DNA of 64,000 bases from Bacteroidales bacterium (GTDB taxonomy: Bacteria > Bacteroidota > Bacteroidia > Bacteroidales > VadinHA17), in assembly GCA_036743455.1 (NCBI GenBank), contig DAINPM010000003.1:4712-68711 (forward strand). Direction: 5' to 3'. A program made the position numbers and the translations under genes. The notes below the pieces were generated by a model. That model saw nothing but the letters and a program-made list of their open reading frames with translations. It did no database searches and was not told the origin of the DNA. This document shows, piece after piece, positions 19,754 through 29,254 of the stretch; within the stretch, counting starts at the first letter, position 1; each line of letters starts with the position of its first letter.

Positions 19754-20473
19754 ATGAAAAATCTGAGAATTGTTTTAATCGTCTTAATATCATTTGGGAT
19801 AAGTTCATGCCTTAATGGTCAGTTCCGTAAGACTGTATCCGGTAACGGGAAAGTCATCACAGAAGAAAGAGAACCTGTTAATGTGTCAGGAATAAAGGTA
19901 AGTACCGGCATCGATGTTTTTCTTGAACAGGGAGAAAGGCCAGAACTTAAAGTTGAAGCCGATGAGAATTTGCATGAATACATACTGACAGAAATGAAAG
20001 ACGGAGTGCTGCATGTTTACACAGATGCCAATATCCGCAGGGCTAAAAGCAAGAAGGTTTATGTAACACTGACGGATATTAACTCAATAAGCACTTCAAG
20101 TGCAGGTGATGTTGTAGGTATAAGTCCTGTGACAACTGATAATCTAATGCTGTCAGCAAGCAGTGCAGGTGATATTAAGCTGGATGTATATGCCGAAAAG
20201 ATAGATGTCAATATCAGCAGTTCAGGTGATATCACTCTCTCGGGTGAAACAGACGTACTTTTTGCAGATCTGAGCAGTGCAGGTAATCTGAATGCTTATA
20301 ACCTGAAAGCCAGGGAAGCAGATGTGTCAGCTTCCAGCGCCGGAGATGCAGACATATTTATCACGGAAAAACTGCGGGCACGTTCATCAAGTGCAGGAGA
20401 TATCAATTATAAAGGAAATCCCACATATCTTGACGCTCATTCTTCAAGCGCAGGAGGAATACAAAAAAGATAA
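19754..20473 (+). CDS. DUF2807 / head-GIN-domain repeat lipoprotein
   Basis: 239 aa with a lipobox (FGISSC). Contains about eight S-S-(A/S)-G-D-type repeat units at roughly 20-aa spacing; six read exactly SSAGD. Confidence 0.65.
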   Translation: MKNLRIVLIVLISFGISSCLNGQFRKTVSGNGKVITEEREPVNVSGIKVSTGIDVFLEQGERPELKVEADENLHEYILTEMKDGVLHVYTDANIRRAKSKKVYVTLTDINSISTSSAGDVVGISPVTTDNLMLSASSAGDIKLDVYAEKIDVNISSSGDITLSGETDVLFADLSSAGNLNAYNLKAREADVSASSAGDADIFITEKLRARSSSAGDINYKGNPTYLDAHSSSAGGIQKR

Positions 20474-20507
20474 TTTCATATCAACATATTTTCTTCCATT
20501 ATTTTAG

Positions 20508-20540
20508 AAACCGTCAGGGTTGTTCCTGATGGTTTTTTTT
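20508..20540 (+). terminator. Rho-independent terminator after the DUF2807 gene
   Basis: AAACCGTCAGG-GTTGTT-CCTGATGGTTT stem (one G-U pair) followed by a T8 run. Confidence 0.7.
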
Positions 20541-20583
20541 AACTTTACCCTTTATAAGATAATTTCCACTAAAACCTGATGAA

Positions 20584-21930
20584 ATGAAAGAGAATATTAG
20601 TATTGATCTGAAGAACACAGAGAAATTTGTTTCTTTTGAAGAGATTTTTGCTCTTGCCCAGAAATCAGTTATTCATCTTGATTCTCTCAATACAGGGACA
20701 GGAGCAGGCAATGATTTCCTTGGCTGGCTCTCACTTCCCGATGATATTCACCCTTCTGTCAGTAAACTGGAAAAATGTGCCAGGCATCTTAGGAATGTAT
20801 CCGATACCACTGTAGTAGTGGGCATAGGTGGATCATACCTGGGTTCCAAAGCAATAATTGAAGCTCTTTCACATTCCTTCTCACCTCTTCTGAAAAAGAA
20901 GTGTCACGATGTGTTGTTTGCAGGCCATAACCTGTGCGAAGATTATATCTCAGACCTTCTCGAACTCCTTGATGAAAGAAATTATTCCATTATTGTTATC
21001 TCTAAATCGGGAACGACCATAGAACCGGCAATAGTATTCAGGATACTTAAAGAGCACCTGGAAAGGAGAGTAGGCAAAGCGCAGGCAGCTGACAGGATTA
21101 TTGCCGTTACCGATAGCTCAAAAGGGGCCTTGAGATCATTGAGTGAACTATATGGTTATGATACTTTCGATATTCCTGATAATATAGGTGGCCGCTATTC
21201 AGTACTCTCGCCTGTTGGCTTACTTCCTGTAGCGGTCAGTGGACTGGATATATCAGCCCTTATTAAAGGAGCCAAAGCATTTGAAGATATCTCACGAAGG
21301 AACAAAAAAGCTTTGACTAACCCTTCTCTGCTTTATGCTGCAGCCAGAAATCTGTTGCTGCAACAGGGACGTTCTATAGAAATCCTTGCAGGATTCACTC
21401 CGAAACTTCATTATCTGGCTGAATGGTGGAAACAACTCTATGGCGAAAGTGAAGGAAAAGAAGGAAAAGGTATCTTCCCTGCCTCAGTAAATTTCACAAC
21501 CGATCTCCATTCTCTGGGACAATACATACAAGAGGGCCAGCGATTGATGTTTGAAACGATACTTTCAATCAAAAATCCTGCAAAAACACTTACCATACCT
21601 TCAGAAACAGACAATTCCGATAAACTGAATTTCCTTTCAGGCAAAAGGGTTTCCGAAGTGAACCGCTGTGCTGAAACAGGTACTATACTGGCACATAATG
21701 ACGGGGATGTACCTGTGTTGCGCATCGATGTACCTATGCTCAACGAATTTTATATGGGCCAGCTCATCTATTTCTTTGAACTTGCATGTGCCATAAGCGG
21801 CTATATCCTGGGCGTCAATCCTTTCGATCAACCCGGAGTTGAAGCTTATAAAAACAACATGTTCGCCCTGCTAAACAAACCTGGTTTCGAGGAAAAAGGA
21901 AAAAGACTAAAGGAGAAAATGAAAAAATAA
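20584..21930 (+). CDS. pgi: Glucose-6-phosphate isomerase
   Basis: 448 aa. Contains GIGGSYLG, ISKSGTT, IGGRYSVLS and YGESEGKEGKG. Confidence 0.93.
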   Translation: MKENISIDLKNTEKFVSFEEIFALAQKSVIHLDSLNTGTGAGNDFLGWLSLPDDIHPSVSKLEKCARHLRNVSDTTVVVGIGGSYLGSKAIIEALSHSFSPLLKKKCHDVLFAGHNLCEDYISDLLELLDERNYSIIVISKSGTTIEPAIVFRILKEHLERRVGKAQAADRIIAVTDSSKGALRSLSELYGYDTFDIPDNIGGRYSVLSPVGLLPVAVSGLDISALIKGAKAFEDISRRNKKALTNPSLLYAAARNLLLQQGRSIEILAGFTPKLHYLAEWWKQLYGESEGKEGKGIFPASVNFTTDLHSLGQYIQEGQRLMFETILSIKNPAKTLTIPSETDNSDKLNFLSGKRVSEVNRCAETGTILAHNDGDVPVLRIDVPMLNEFYMGQLIYFFELACAISGYILGVNPFDQPGVEAYKNNMFALLNKPGFEEKGKRLKEKMKK

Positions 21931-21951
21931 TAATACTAAACTTGTATTAAG

Positions 21952-23028
21952 ATGATAGAATTAAAAAAAGACTACAAATGGGCTATGGTAGTCCCTACCA
22001 GCATGGGAGTGCGAATAACTCCTGTTGACAGACAGCCTGTGCATTGTACAGGAACATTTATGATGCATGTAACCAGTGCCGAAACAAATGTTGCCAGCAT
22101 ATCCTCCTATCTGGGTCTCCCTGTCAAAGTGCTCACTACTTTCGTAAAGGATAGTCCTGTAGCAAGAATGATAAAGGATAATCTTGCAGGCCGTCACATG
22201 GTTTTTGAAGGCACAGAAGTTGAACAGGGTGGACCGTGGGGTTTCAGACACCAGTTTAATATTGCCGACACAGGCCATGGCCCTCGCGGCCCCAGAGTAC
22301 ACAACGACCGTTCCGGAGAAGTTGGCAGGACTCTTAATGTTAAAGATTTCGATCTTCCAAAATTATTCGGTGAAGAAGGAGTTCAGATACTACATCTCTC
22401 AGGTTTAATAGCTGCTCTCTCGCCTGATACCAGCAATTTCTGCCTTGAACTGGCAAGGGAAGCAAAGAAAAACGGTACCCGTATTTCTTTCGATCTTAAT
22501 TATCGTGCTACTTTCTGGAAAAACAGGGAAAAAGAGCTTTCTGCAGCTTTCAGGGAAATAGCAGGTATTTCCGATATCCTTGTTGGTAATGAAGAAGATT
22601 TCCAGCTTGCTCTGGGAATCAAGGGTCCTGAAGAGGGAGGAAAAGACCTGGCAGGTAAGATAGAGAGTTTTAAGGAAATGATTGGCAGGGTAAAAAAAGC
22701 ATATCCTGATGCTTCAGTCTTTGCAACTACTCTCCGTCAAGTCATTAGTGTAAACGAACATCTATGGGGTGCCATAATGCTTGAGGGTGACAACTGGCAT
22801 GTTGCTGAACCACGTGAAATAAACATTCTCGACCGTATAGGAGGCGGAGATGGTTTTGTCGGAGGCATGCTTTATGCTATCCTGAGAGGCTGGGAACCCG
22901 AAAAATGGATTCAGTTCGGATGGGCAACAGGAGCTCTGGCAACAACAGTAGTGACCGATTATGGACAGCCTGCCGATGAAGAACAGGTATGGAGCATTTG
23001 GAAAGGAAATGCCAGAGTAAAAAGATAA
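21952..23028 (+). CDS. PfkB-family sugar kinase, 2-dehydro-3-deoxygluconokinase-like
   Basis: 358 aa. C-terminal PfkB signature DRIGGGDGFVGGMLYAIL. The overall layout resembles KDG kinases. Confidence 0.7.
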   Translation: MIELKKDYKWAMVVPTSMGVRITPVDRQPVHCTGTFMMHVTSAETNVASISSYLGLPVKVLTTFVKDSPVARMIKDNLAGRHMVFEGTEVEQGGPWGFRHQFNIADTGHGPRGPRVHNDRSGEVGRTLNVKDFDLPKLFGEEGVQILHLSGLIAALSPDTSNFCLELAREAKKNGTRISFDLNYRATFWKNREKELSAAFREIAGISDILVGNEEDFQLALGIKGPEEGGKDLAGKIESFKEMIGRVKKAYPDASVFATTLRQVISVNEHLWGAIMLEGDNWHVAEPREINILDRIGGGDGFVGGMLYAILRGWEPEKWIQFGWATGALATTVVTDYGQPADEEQVWSIWKGNARVKR

Positions 23029-23075
23029 TTAATTCATTAAGACAAATTCAGATCCTGTATAAAAAACAGGCATAG

Positions 23076-23318
23076 GCAATTCTGATTGGGTTCAATGTCC
23101 GGGATGATCAGACATTTAGAGAAATAATTTCAGGAACAACAGAACCTTCAGGACATCTTCCACTTCAAATGCCGGCAGATATGAAAACCGTTGAAGAACA
23201 TTATGAGGAAGGGCCTTTCGATATGGAATGCCATGTTGATTCAGTAGGTAATAAGTATGATTTCGGGTTCGGACTGAACTGGTCAGGATTTATATTTTTT
23301 TTTCGACAAATTCATTAA
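23076..23318 (+). pseudogene. Relic: last ~70 codons of a glycoside hydrolase family 3 beta-glycosidase gene, with no start and no upstream body
   Basis: My translation of frame 23076-23318 reads AILIGFNVRDDQTFREIISGTTEPSGHLPLQMPADMKTVEEHYEEGPFDMECHVDSVGNKYDFGFGLNWSGFIFFFRQIH*. The PSG-x-LP...MP-x-x-M-x-x-VE...FGFGLNWSG pattern is what I remember from C-termini of Bacteroidota GH3 enzymes. The frame is closed by TAG at 23073-23075. Confidence 0.5.
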
Positions 23319-24624
23319 TAACCTGTGAAAGATCGGGATCACCTATTTCCTGAAGATCGTAATAGACTCTGGTATTGGGTTTCCTGATCTTTATTATTCT
23401 GTTAAGGTCAATAGGAGTGGCAATAATAACGGTATCACATTCTGTGTTGTTAATAGTTTTCTCAAGGTCTGCCAATTGTTGGCTGCCATAACCCATTGCA
23501 GGCAGCAGAGTTCCAATACCGGGATAAAGCCGGAATGTCTCACTTAGTTTCCCCACTGTAAACGGTCTGGGATCAACTATTTCTGATGCACCGAACCTAT
23601 GAGCTGCCACAGTCCCTGCCCCAATTTTCATTTCGCCATGTGTAAGAGTGGGACCATCTTCAACAACGAGAACTCTCTTACCTCTTATCAGAGAAGGATT
23701 ATCAACCCTTATAGGTGAAGCAGCGTCAATAACAATGGCTTTCGGATTGACTTTCTCAATACTTTGCCTTATTATATTTATTGATTGGGGATCAGCACTG
23801 TCGATCTTGTTAATAATAACGACATCAGCCATACGGAAAGTAACCTCTCCGGGATAATATCTCAACTCATGTCCTGCCCGGTGAGGATCAGTTACCGTAA
23901 CCATAAGGTCGGGCTTATAAAAAGGAAAATCATTATTACCTCCATCCCACACTATCACATCACAACCAGCAGGATCTTCTTCTGCTGCCCTCAATATAGC
24001 TTCATAATCAACACCTGCATAAATAACATTCCCTCTTACCACATGAGGCTCATATTCTTCCATCTCCTCAATAGTACACTTATGCTTTTCAAGATCATCC
24101 AGGACTGCAAAGCGCTGAACCTTCTGTTCAATAAGATTACCATAGGGCATGGGATGACGAATCGCAACAACTTTCAATCCTTTTTCCATAAGTAATTCTA
24201 TTATCCTCCTTGAAGTCTGACTTTTTCCGCATCCTGTCCTCACAGCGCCAACAGCTATCACAGGTTTGGAACTGCTTAGCATTGTGGCGGAAGGGCCTAA
24301 GAGTACAAAATTTGCTCCGGAAGCATTGACAATGGCACTTACAGCCATCACTTTTTCATAGGGAACATCACTGTAGGAGAAAATACAATCATCAATACTG
24401 AATTCCTTTATTAATTCGGGAAGCCTCTGCTCTGAATAAATAGGTATCCCTTCAGGATAAAGCTTACCGGCAAGCTCTTCAGGATATTTACGGCCATCAA
24501 TGTCGGGTATCTGCGCTGCTGTAAAAGCTTTGACACTATAATCTTCATTATCCCTGAAAAAAGTGTTGAAATTGTGGAAATCTCTTCCGGCAGCTCCTAT
24601 TATTATTATATTCTTGGTGCTCAT
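23290..24624 (-). CDS. COG2403-type P-loop protein (annotated in databases as predicted GTPase or cyclic 2,3-diphosphoglycerate synthetase-like)
   Basis: 444 aa. N-terminus IIIIGAAGRDFHNFNTFFRDN, Walker A GAVRTGCGKSQTS, then RHPMPYG, CTIEEMEEYEP, WDGGNNDFPF and INKIDSA. Family assignment is from memory of this conserved pattern. Confidence 0.55.
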   Translation of the reverse strand: MSTKNIIIIGAAGRDFHNFNTFFRDNEDYSVKAFTAAQIPDIDGRKYPEELAGKLYPEGIPIYSEQRLPELIKEFSIDDCIFSYSDVPYEKVMAVSAIVNASGANFVLLGPSATMLSSSKPVIAVGAVRTGCGKSQTSRRIIELLMEKGLKVVAIRHPMPYGNLIEQKVQRFAVLDDLEKHKCTIEEMEEYEPHVVRGNVIYAGVDYEAILRAAEEDPAGCDVIVWDGGNNDFPFYKPDLMVTVTDPHRAGHELRYYPGEVTFRMADVVIINKIDSADPQSINIIRQSIEKVNPKAIVIDAASPIRVDNPSLIRGKRVLVVEDGPTLTHGEMKIGAGTVAAHRFGASEIVDPRPFTVGKLSETFRLYPGIGTLLPAMGYGSQQLADLEKTINNTECDTVIIATPIDLNRIIKIRKPNTRVYYDLQEIGDPDLSQVINEFVEKKI

Positions 24625-24872
24625 AAAACCGTTTTATATTATTAAAATTTTTATTTTGCAAAACCGTTTAATTTTAAATTGAATAAACAAATGTATAATT
24701 TGCATGGCTGAATTCCGAGTAATTAAGGGTTTTTTTTAATTACCTGATCTACATTTTAAATGCCTGTAATACTGTTAATTCAATTAAAACACCCATTAAA
24801 TCACAAAATTGAAATGACAAATTATTATCAAGCGATAAACTATATGCCGGATTAATTGTCCTATAAAAAAGT

Positions 24873-25484
24873 ATGAATGTTCTCGCCCACATATATCTCT
24901 CAGGTGATTCCGATAAAATAATTATTGGTAATTACATAGGCGATTATGTAAAAGGACGTGATTATTTAAAATATCCCGACCTGGTAAGAAAAGGCATTAT
25001 TCTTCACCGTCATATAGACGACTTTACCGACCGGCATCCTGTCGTTCACAGAAGTAAGATATTTTTCTCAAAAAAATACTATAAATATGCCGGGGTAGTT
25101 ATAGATATTATTTATGACCATTTCCTGACAAAAGAATGGGATTTGTTTTCCCGCCGTCCTCTTGAGAGTGTAACTTATAATTTCTACAGGGCAATGGTGA
25201 ATAATTACGACATGCTCCCCGATAAGGTAAAAGAAACAATACCTTTCTTTATCATTAATAACTGGATAGAATCATACCAAACCCTGCACGGGATAAAAAA
25301 GGTACTTAAAACTCTTAGCTCACAAACATCACTACCCAAACAGAGCAGTTTTGCAATACGTATGCTGAAAAAGAATTATTACTCCCTGCAAGACGATTTT
25401 CTGGAGTTTTTTCCACAACTGATAGATTATGTAGAGAAAGATTTCGGGGTAGAAATATCTCACAGGATAACCATTCCTTTCTGA
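24873..25484 (+). CDS. acpH: Acyl carrier protein phosphodiesterase
   Basis: 203 aa. Family-typical N-terminus MNVLAHIYLSG...IGNYIGDYVKG and HRHIDDFTD. Confidence 0.8.
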   Translation: MNVLAHIYLSGDSDKIIIGNYIGDYVKGRDYLKYPDLVRKGIILHRHIDDFTDRHPVVHRSKIFFSKKYYKYAGVVIDIIYDHFLTKEWDLFSRRPLESVTYNFYRAMVNNYDMLPDKVKETIPFFIINNWIESYQTLHGIKKVLKTLSSQTSLPKQSSFAIRMLKKNYYSLQDDFLEFFPQLIDYVEKDFGVEISHRITIPF

Positions 25485-26909
25485 TCAGACAAGATATTCT
25501 GTTTTGCCGGCATCAAGACGCAGGAAAATAAACAACAGAATAGTAAAACCCCATAATGAACTGCCGCCATAACTAAAAAACGGGAGAGGGATACCGATAA
25601 CAGGTACAAGACCTATTGACATACCAATATTGATAAAAAAATGTATAAATAACACAGAGACCACACCGTATCCGTATATCCTTGAGAATTTTTCCCTCTG
25701 CCTTTCCGCCAGCATTATTAATCTGAGCAAAAAGAAAAGATAAATTCCTATAACGATAAAAGACCCCACGAAACCCCATTCTTCTCCTACTGTACAAAAA
25801 ATAAAATCGGTACTCTGAGAAGGTACAAATTTAAATTTCGTTTGAGTTCCCTGGAGATATCCCTTCCCTAACAGTCCGCCTGAACCTATCGAAATAAGCG
25901 ACTGGTTGACATTGTAACCTGTACCATGAGGATCTGTCTTAATACCAAGCATTACTTCAACTCTCTCCTTTTGATGAGGTTGAAGCAGATGATTAAAAGT
26001 ATAATCAACAGAGTTGATAAATAACACTCCCCCAAGAAGAAAAATATAAATTATCATCAGTATCCTGGCTTTTTTCAGATAGAAATGATATGCAAAGGCG
26101 ACTCCGGAAAGAATTACAGACAATATTATCACCAGATTATTACCTGCCGTTTTTAAAAGAAACCGGTCAATAGCATAAAGGGCTCCTCCAGTTATCAGAA
26201 AAATTCCTAATCCTGTAAGACATAGTTTCCATTTTCTTGTAGCAAGAAAAGCCACTACGAAAGCCAGGAAGATGAGTGCCAGCTGAAGATAAAGATTATT
26301 TATAAGCAATGTAAGGAAAAACAGTATTACCATCAATATTCCTGAAATGAATATATATGAACTCATACCTTCTCTGAATAGCACAATAAAGAAGGCAAGA
26401 TAAACCATTGTAGATCCCAAATCAGGCTGTAATGAAATAAGGAAGGCCGGCAGTAATATAATACCGGCAGCAGTCAGAAATGTCTCTGCACGGGTCAGAT
26501 CGACATTACGTTTGCTGAGATATGCTGCCAGTGCCAGTGCAGTAGTGAATTTAGCAAATTCAGATGGTTGTAAAGAAACAGGACCGAATTCAAACCATGA
26601 TTTTGCACCATTTATTTCTCTGCCCAAAACAAGAACAAGTATCAGCAGAAAAATCATCAGGGCATAAATAAGCCATGTAAAAAATAAATAAAAACGGCTA
26701 TCAATAATAATTATGAATATTGCAAGCACTATTGTGGCTATTATCCAGATGAACTGTCTCCCATAGCGCTGAGAAAGATCAAATATTTCCTTATGTTCTT
26801 CATTGTAAACGGCAGCATAGATATTAAACCAACCCATTGTCACCATTATAAGAAACAACAGGATAGTAAGCTTATCTATCCTTCCCCATATATTAACGCT
26901 CCGTCTCAT
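25485..26909 (-). CDS. rodA: Rod shape-determining protein RodA (SEDS family)
   Basis: 474 aa, polytopic. Contains PSEFAK, TDFIF and GLVPVIGIPLPFFSYGGSS. Lies last in the mre/mrd cluster. Confidence 0.9.
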   Translation of the reverse strand: MRRSVNIWGRIDKLTILLFLIMVTMGWFNIYAAVYNEEHKEIFDLSQRYGRQFIWIIATIVLAIFIIIIDSRFYLFFTWLIYALMIFLLILVLVLGREINGAKSWFEFGPVSLQPSEFAKFTTALALAAYLSKRNVDLTRAETFLTAAGIILLPAFLISLQPDLGSTMVYLAFFIVLFREGMSSYIFISGILMVILFFLTLLINNLYLQLALIFLAFVVAFLATRKWKLCLTGLGIFLITGGALYAIDRFLLKTAGNNLVIILSVILSGVAFAYHFYLKKARILMIIYIFLLGGVLFINSVDYTFNHLLQPHQKERVEVMLGIKTDPHGTGYNVNQSLISIGSGGLLGKGYLQGTQTKFKFVPSQSTDFIFCTVGEEWGFVGSFIVIGIYLFFLLRLIMLAERQREKFSRIYGYGVVSVLFIHFFINIGMSIGLVPVIGIPLPFFSYGGSSLWGFTILLFIFLRLDAGKTEYLV

Positions 26910-28737
26910 TCTCAGGAATTGTATCAGTAAGATTCAGATTATTGATATACTGTTCTTTCCATTTATTGTTTAGAGATATATCCCCCTTTAAATATTTTTC
27001 GATCAACAAACTGGCTATTGGAGCTGCGTAAGTAGCTCCAAAACCTGCATTTTCCACGTACACTGCCAGAGCAATTTTCGGGTCATTTTTTGGTGCAAAG
27101 GCAATAAAAACTGAATGATCTTCCCCATGTGGATTTTGTGCAGTACCTGTTTTCCCGCATACTATAATACTGTCAATGGAAGCAATTCGTGCAGTTGCTC
27201 CTTCCCCACCATTGACAGCAGCTTCCATTCCCTTTATAACAGCTTCGAAATGCACAGAATCGATACTGATACTATGCTTTGAAGTATATTCAGGATTTAT
27301 CGTTTCTTCCTTACCTATCGATTTAACGATATGAGGTGTATAATAGAATCCCCTGTTGGCTATTGCTGCTGTCATATTGGCCATCTGCAAAGGAGTAGTC
27401 CCAACTTCTCCCTGACCTATTGCCATTGAAATAATGTTAAGTGCTTTCCATTTACCTTCCCCATGATAACGGTCGAAATAATCTGTTGACGGGATAAAGC
27501 CAGGTAGTTCATTGATGAACTCACTCCCGCTTACTTTTCCAAAACCAAATTCATCAAGGTAGCTTTTCCATTTAAGATAAGCTTCTGATACGGATACATA
27601 TTCCGGGTTCTCTAGTATCCTCCTGTAGGTCTGACAGAAATATGAATTACATGAATTCATTATTGCGCCTTCCAGATCAAGTGGCGACTTATGTGAATGG
27701 CAGCTGATGAACAGATACCCATTATTACAACTGAATTCTGTTGAAGGAGTAATAACCTTTTCCTGTAAGGCTATCAATCCGTTTATTGGTTTGAAGGTTG
27801 ATCCTGGTGGATAAGAGGCCATAAATGCCCTGTTAAACAAGGGCTTAAAAACAGTGTCAGCCGACAGACGTCTGTAGTTTTCTGTTCTTACCCGTCCAAC
27901 AAGCAAACCCGGGTCGTACTCAGGTGAAGAAACAAGAGTGAGAATTTCTCCTGTAGCCGGTTCAATAGCAACAATACTCCCTGTCTTATTCTCCATGAGT
28001 ACCTCCCCGTATTCCTGAAGATCCATATCGATGGAAGAAATGATATCTGTTCCCTGAACTGCAAGAGTATCCATCTCTCCATCTGCATAGGAACCTTTTA
28101 TCCGACCATAAACATCCACCATAAAAATCTTTACTCCACAAGTTCCTCTCAGATACTTTTCATAGGCCTGTTCTATACCAAGTTTACCTATATAGTCTCC
28201 GGGTTTATAATAAGGATCCTTAGTGATAAGATCTTCATCAACCTCGCTTACATAGCCCAGAAGATGTGATGCGACAGGTCGGGAATACTTTCTGAGTGTC
28301 CGTGGCTGAACATAAAACCCAGGATACTGAAACATCTTTTCCTGAAAGCCGGCCCATGTTTCGGCAGATATTTGCTTAAGGAACACAGAGGGAACACGAC
28401 TGGAATAATCTCTGGCTGCCTTAATCCTGTCCATAAAGATCTCCCGTGTTATTCCCAGATCATCACAGAACATAGCTGTATCGAACACATCTGTCTGAGC
28501 CGGAACAACCATAAGGTCATAGGCTGCCTGATTATAAACAAGAAGCTTTCCGTTACGATCATATATCAGTCCACGTGCAGGATATTGTGTGACATACCTC
28601 AGCACATTATTTTCTGCCGACATCCGGTAAGTATCTTTTACTACCTGTATAATAAACAGTCTGATAACTAGAATAACTGTTATCAGTATGATCAGCATTG
28701 AAATAATATATCTGCGGCTGGCGAATTTGTCTTTCAT
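26893..28737 (-). CDS. mrdA: Penicillin-binding protein 2 (elongation transpeptidase)
   Basis: 614 aa. Motifs SxxK (GSTFKP), SxN (NSCNSY) and KTGTA. Sits between mreD and rodA. Confidence 0.92.
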   Translation of the reverse strand: MKDKFASRRYIISMLIILITVILVIRLFIIQVVKDTYRMSAENNVLRYVTQYPARGLIYDRNGKLLVYNQAAYDLMVVPAQTDVFDTAMFCDDLGITREIFMDRIKAARDYSSRVPSVFLKQISAETWAGFQEKMFQYPGFYVQPRTLRKYSRPVASHLLGYVSEVDEDLITKDPYYKPGDYIGKLGIEQAYEKYLRGTCGVKIFMVDVYGRIKGSYADGEMDTLAVQGTDIISSIDMDLQEYGEVLMENKTGSIVAIEPATGEILTLVSSPEYDPGLLVGRVRTENYRRLSADTVFKPLFNRAFMASYPPGSTFKPINGLIALQEKVITPSTEFSCNNGYLFISCHSHKSPLDLEGAIMNSCNSYFCQTYRRILENPEYVSVSEAYLKWKSYLDEFGFGKVSGSEFINELPGFIPSTDYFDRYHGEGKWKALNIISMAIGQGEVGTTPLQMANMTAAIANRGFYYTPHIVKSIGKEETINPEYTSKHSISIDSVHFEAVIKGMEAAVNGGEGATARIASIDSIIVCGKTGTAQNPHGEDHSVFIAFAPKNDPKIALAVYVENAGFGATYAAPIASLLIEKYLKGDISLNNKWKEQYINNLNLTDTIPENETER

Positions 28738-28747
28738 GCCCCGGTGA

Positions 28748-29254
28748 TTATCTTACTTTTCTAATAAACTCCAGAAGAAGAATAAAAGTCACTGTAAACA
28801 GCGAACTTAAAAAAATCCTCAATAAGGTAGTAAGAAAACCTGTTAATCTGAAAACCTCAATAAAAAACAGGGCTGTATGATGGATAAACACTACTGTCAG
28901 AGTATAGATAATGAACCATTTAAAACCGTAAAGCATCATCGAAGGGTATGATCCTGCCTCATAACCATCTCGTGGTGAAGTAATACGCAGAACGAAAGGA
29001 CGAACAAAACCGGCCAGAACAGTGGCTGACGAATGCATGCCGGGTGTCCCTGTAAAAAGGTCAACAATAAAACCGGTCAGAAAAGACAGAAATAGCAAAA
29101 GCCAGGAAGGTGTTTCAAACGGAAGGAGAAGGATAAACATAATGTAAACGTAGGGATTTACATATCCGCTGAACTGAATATTGTTGAATAATAAAATCTG
29201 CAGCAGTATCAGCAGGATAAACAGAAGGCTGTATTTTATTATTGCATTTATCAT
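28748..29254 (-). CDS. mreD: Rod shape-determining protein MreD
   Basis: 168 aa, all hydrophobic helices. Placed after mreC with a 4-nt overlap. Confidence 0.8.
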   Translation of the reverse strand: MINAIIKYSLLFILLILLQILLFNNIQFSGYVNPYVYIMFILLLPFETPSWLLLFLSFLTGFIVDLFTGTPGMHSSATVLAGFVRPFVLRITSPRDGYEAGSYPSMMLYGFKWFIIYTLTVVFIHHTALFFIEVFRLTGFLTTLLRIFLSSLFTVTFILLLEFIRKVR

